A stretch of 64,000 nt of DNA from Lama glama (lineage: Eukaryota). Each line of letters opens with the position of its first letter. Within the stretch, counting starts at the first letter, position 1. The translations under genes were made by a program, and so were the position numbers. The stretch spans positions 9,674,001 to 9,738,000 of the forward strand of contig CM052832.1 in assembly GCA_028534125.1 (NCBI GenBank), written 5' to 3'. The notes below the pieces were generated by a model. It searched no databases and was not told the DNA's origin. It was given only the letters and a program-made list of their open reading frames with translations. Below, one piece after another: positions 62,510-64,000 of this stretch.

Positions 62510-64000
62510 GTAGGACTGCAAGGGATTTGGCGGGACGGGGCATGGGGTCGTGAAGGGTCCTCAGAAGGAAGATCGGGACCAGGGCCCGCCTTCCCCCGGG
62601 AGCTGAGCAAGATGTCCTCGGAATGTTTGGGTTGAGAGGGCCACCGTGAGGGTTGCAGAATCTGCGGGCCTTTTCCCGCGGAGACATGCCTCCTTCCTGC
62701 TGGAAGGCGGCAGGTTAAACGGTTTTATCTTAAGAATCCATTAATGGTCGTGTACTTCCTTTCTTTTTTTCTTGGTACATTTTCCTGCTCGTGAGGCCGT
62801 AATATCCTCGGGGTAGAACTTTAGGATCGGAAATAGGATGTCAGAACTGCAGGCAGGGCTGGATGGGTGGGGGATAGGCAACAAAGAGACATTCAGTATC
62901 TTCTTTAGGTTTTCACTTGCCCCTCCCTACAGCCGCCAAATGCATTTAGACCAGCCTGTATGTGGTTCTGGTTTGGGTGTTTAAGATCTTGGGTCTAGAA
63001 GGGGAGAAAATCTATTGGGAATTAGGAGTTTGGGATTCCAAGCATATCTCCTCTTCAGGACCTGCTTCCTACTATGTTTAATTACACAGTTGGTTTAGTT
63101 TGTACGGAGTTATTCCCTCTAATATGTTGTAAGTCAGGGTGGCAGGGAAAGGTATGGGCCAAATGCTTTTGGAAGCATTAGTTCCAAAATGCTAGATTTC
63201 AGGGCTTTAAAAAAAACATCGTGAGCATCTTTCCAGTCAGAGAGGGCTAGATGCCAGGATATCTGAAGTCAGTAGCTGCAGGCTTCTCATATAAGAGCCT
63301 GTGGGAACCCCTCTATATATAGCCCAGGTCTCGCACGTTTGTCAGTGACTGCACATTTGCTCCCTACACTTGACATCATGAGCCTCCTTCAAAGTCCTCT
63401 AGTGTAAAGGGGATATGAGGGATGAGAATGAAAAGTTTGCTACGCAGGGGTGTGGAAGCCTGGAAGCCCCTGTTCTTTCAATAACAGAAGGCAGACAGAG
63501 GGAAAAGGCTCTCTGTTGGGACCTTTCTCAACTTTTCCAGACTCCTAAGACTTCTGACCTCAGTAGCATCACCTTAGGGATTCTTTTATATTTCAAAATA
63601 AGGCATATCAGCATCATAATTGCTTGTTAGTGCTTTTTCTGGTGGAGAGTAATGACAATTTTTAGCAACAGTAGGACTCTTTATATCTTCATTTAGTTGA
63701 TTATGATTGATCATAAAGTAATGTAGTGTCTCCCAAAATTCAGTTACGTATGACTGTCTTTATGGTTTTTATGTAGCGACATACCACTTGAATGATTACT
63801 TATTAATGTTTTCTTTTAATTCTATTTCTTTTTCTTAAAAAGCATTTTAACAGACAACTATATATCCCTTGGGACATAGTCTGGTCGAGTGGTTAAGAGC
63901 ACAGACATGGAGCCAGCTCATATGGCTTTGAATCTTGACTAAACAACACCAAGCTGTGTGACCTTGTGCAACTTATTCAACCCCCTCTGTACTTAAGTTT

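Larger units (their letters stand above)
61480..62720. promoter_or_regulatory. BYSL/MED20 bidirectional CpG-island promoter
   Basis: CpG-rich, with divergent ATGs 510 nt apart. E-box CACGTG 62016-62021, kB-type GGGAATTCCC 62282-62291, CRE TGACGTCA 62311-62318, ETS-like ATTTCCGG 62385-62392. Confidence 0.9.

Noticed and set aside
1..64000. CRISPR arrays, operons, rRNA or other prokaryotic systems; horizontally acquired DNA
   Set aside because: The window is spliced mammalian DNA throughout. I saw no regularly spaced repeat-spacer array and no compositionally foreign segment.

Overview
Mammalian genomic DNA, most likely camelid (Camelus/Vicugna/Lama), judged from 11 tRNA-Ala(AGC)-derived SINEs of the Vic-1 type. 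It is the conserved CCND3-BYSL-MED20 locus. Bases 1 to about 45 kb are gene-free, repeat-rich sequence upstream of CCND3 (L1, L2, MIR, MLT1/MER21 LTRs, hAT/Tigger fossils) with several unique islands of haematopoietic transcription-factor motifs. CCND3 (cyclin D3) is on the + strand: 5 coding exons, 45553-51249, 292 aa, intact. BYSL (bystin) is on the - strand: 7 coding exons, 61985-54004, 435 aa, intact, convergent with CCND3. A compact bidirectional CpG-island promoter joins BYSL to the 14-nt first coding exon of MED20 (+, 62496-62509). All exon boundaries were read by eye and give GT-AG introns with consistent phases. Almost all other entries in the ORF track are spurious. I cannot demonstrate a new biological system. 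The best leads are candidate erythroid/lymphoid enhancers of CCND3 (relevant to the small, numerous red cells of camelids), a possible NMD-escaping, degron-less intron-4-retention isoform of cyclin D3, two candidate L1 3' transductions, a strongly palindromic bidirectional promoter, and a non-canonical BYSL poly(A) signal. Repeat family names are from recall of consensus sequences, their boundaries are approximate, and they need RepeatMasker/Dfam confirmation.
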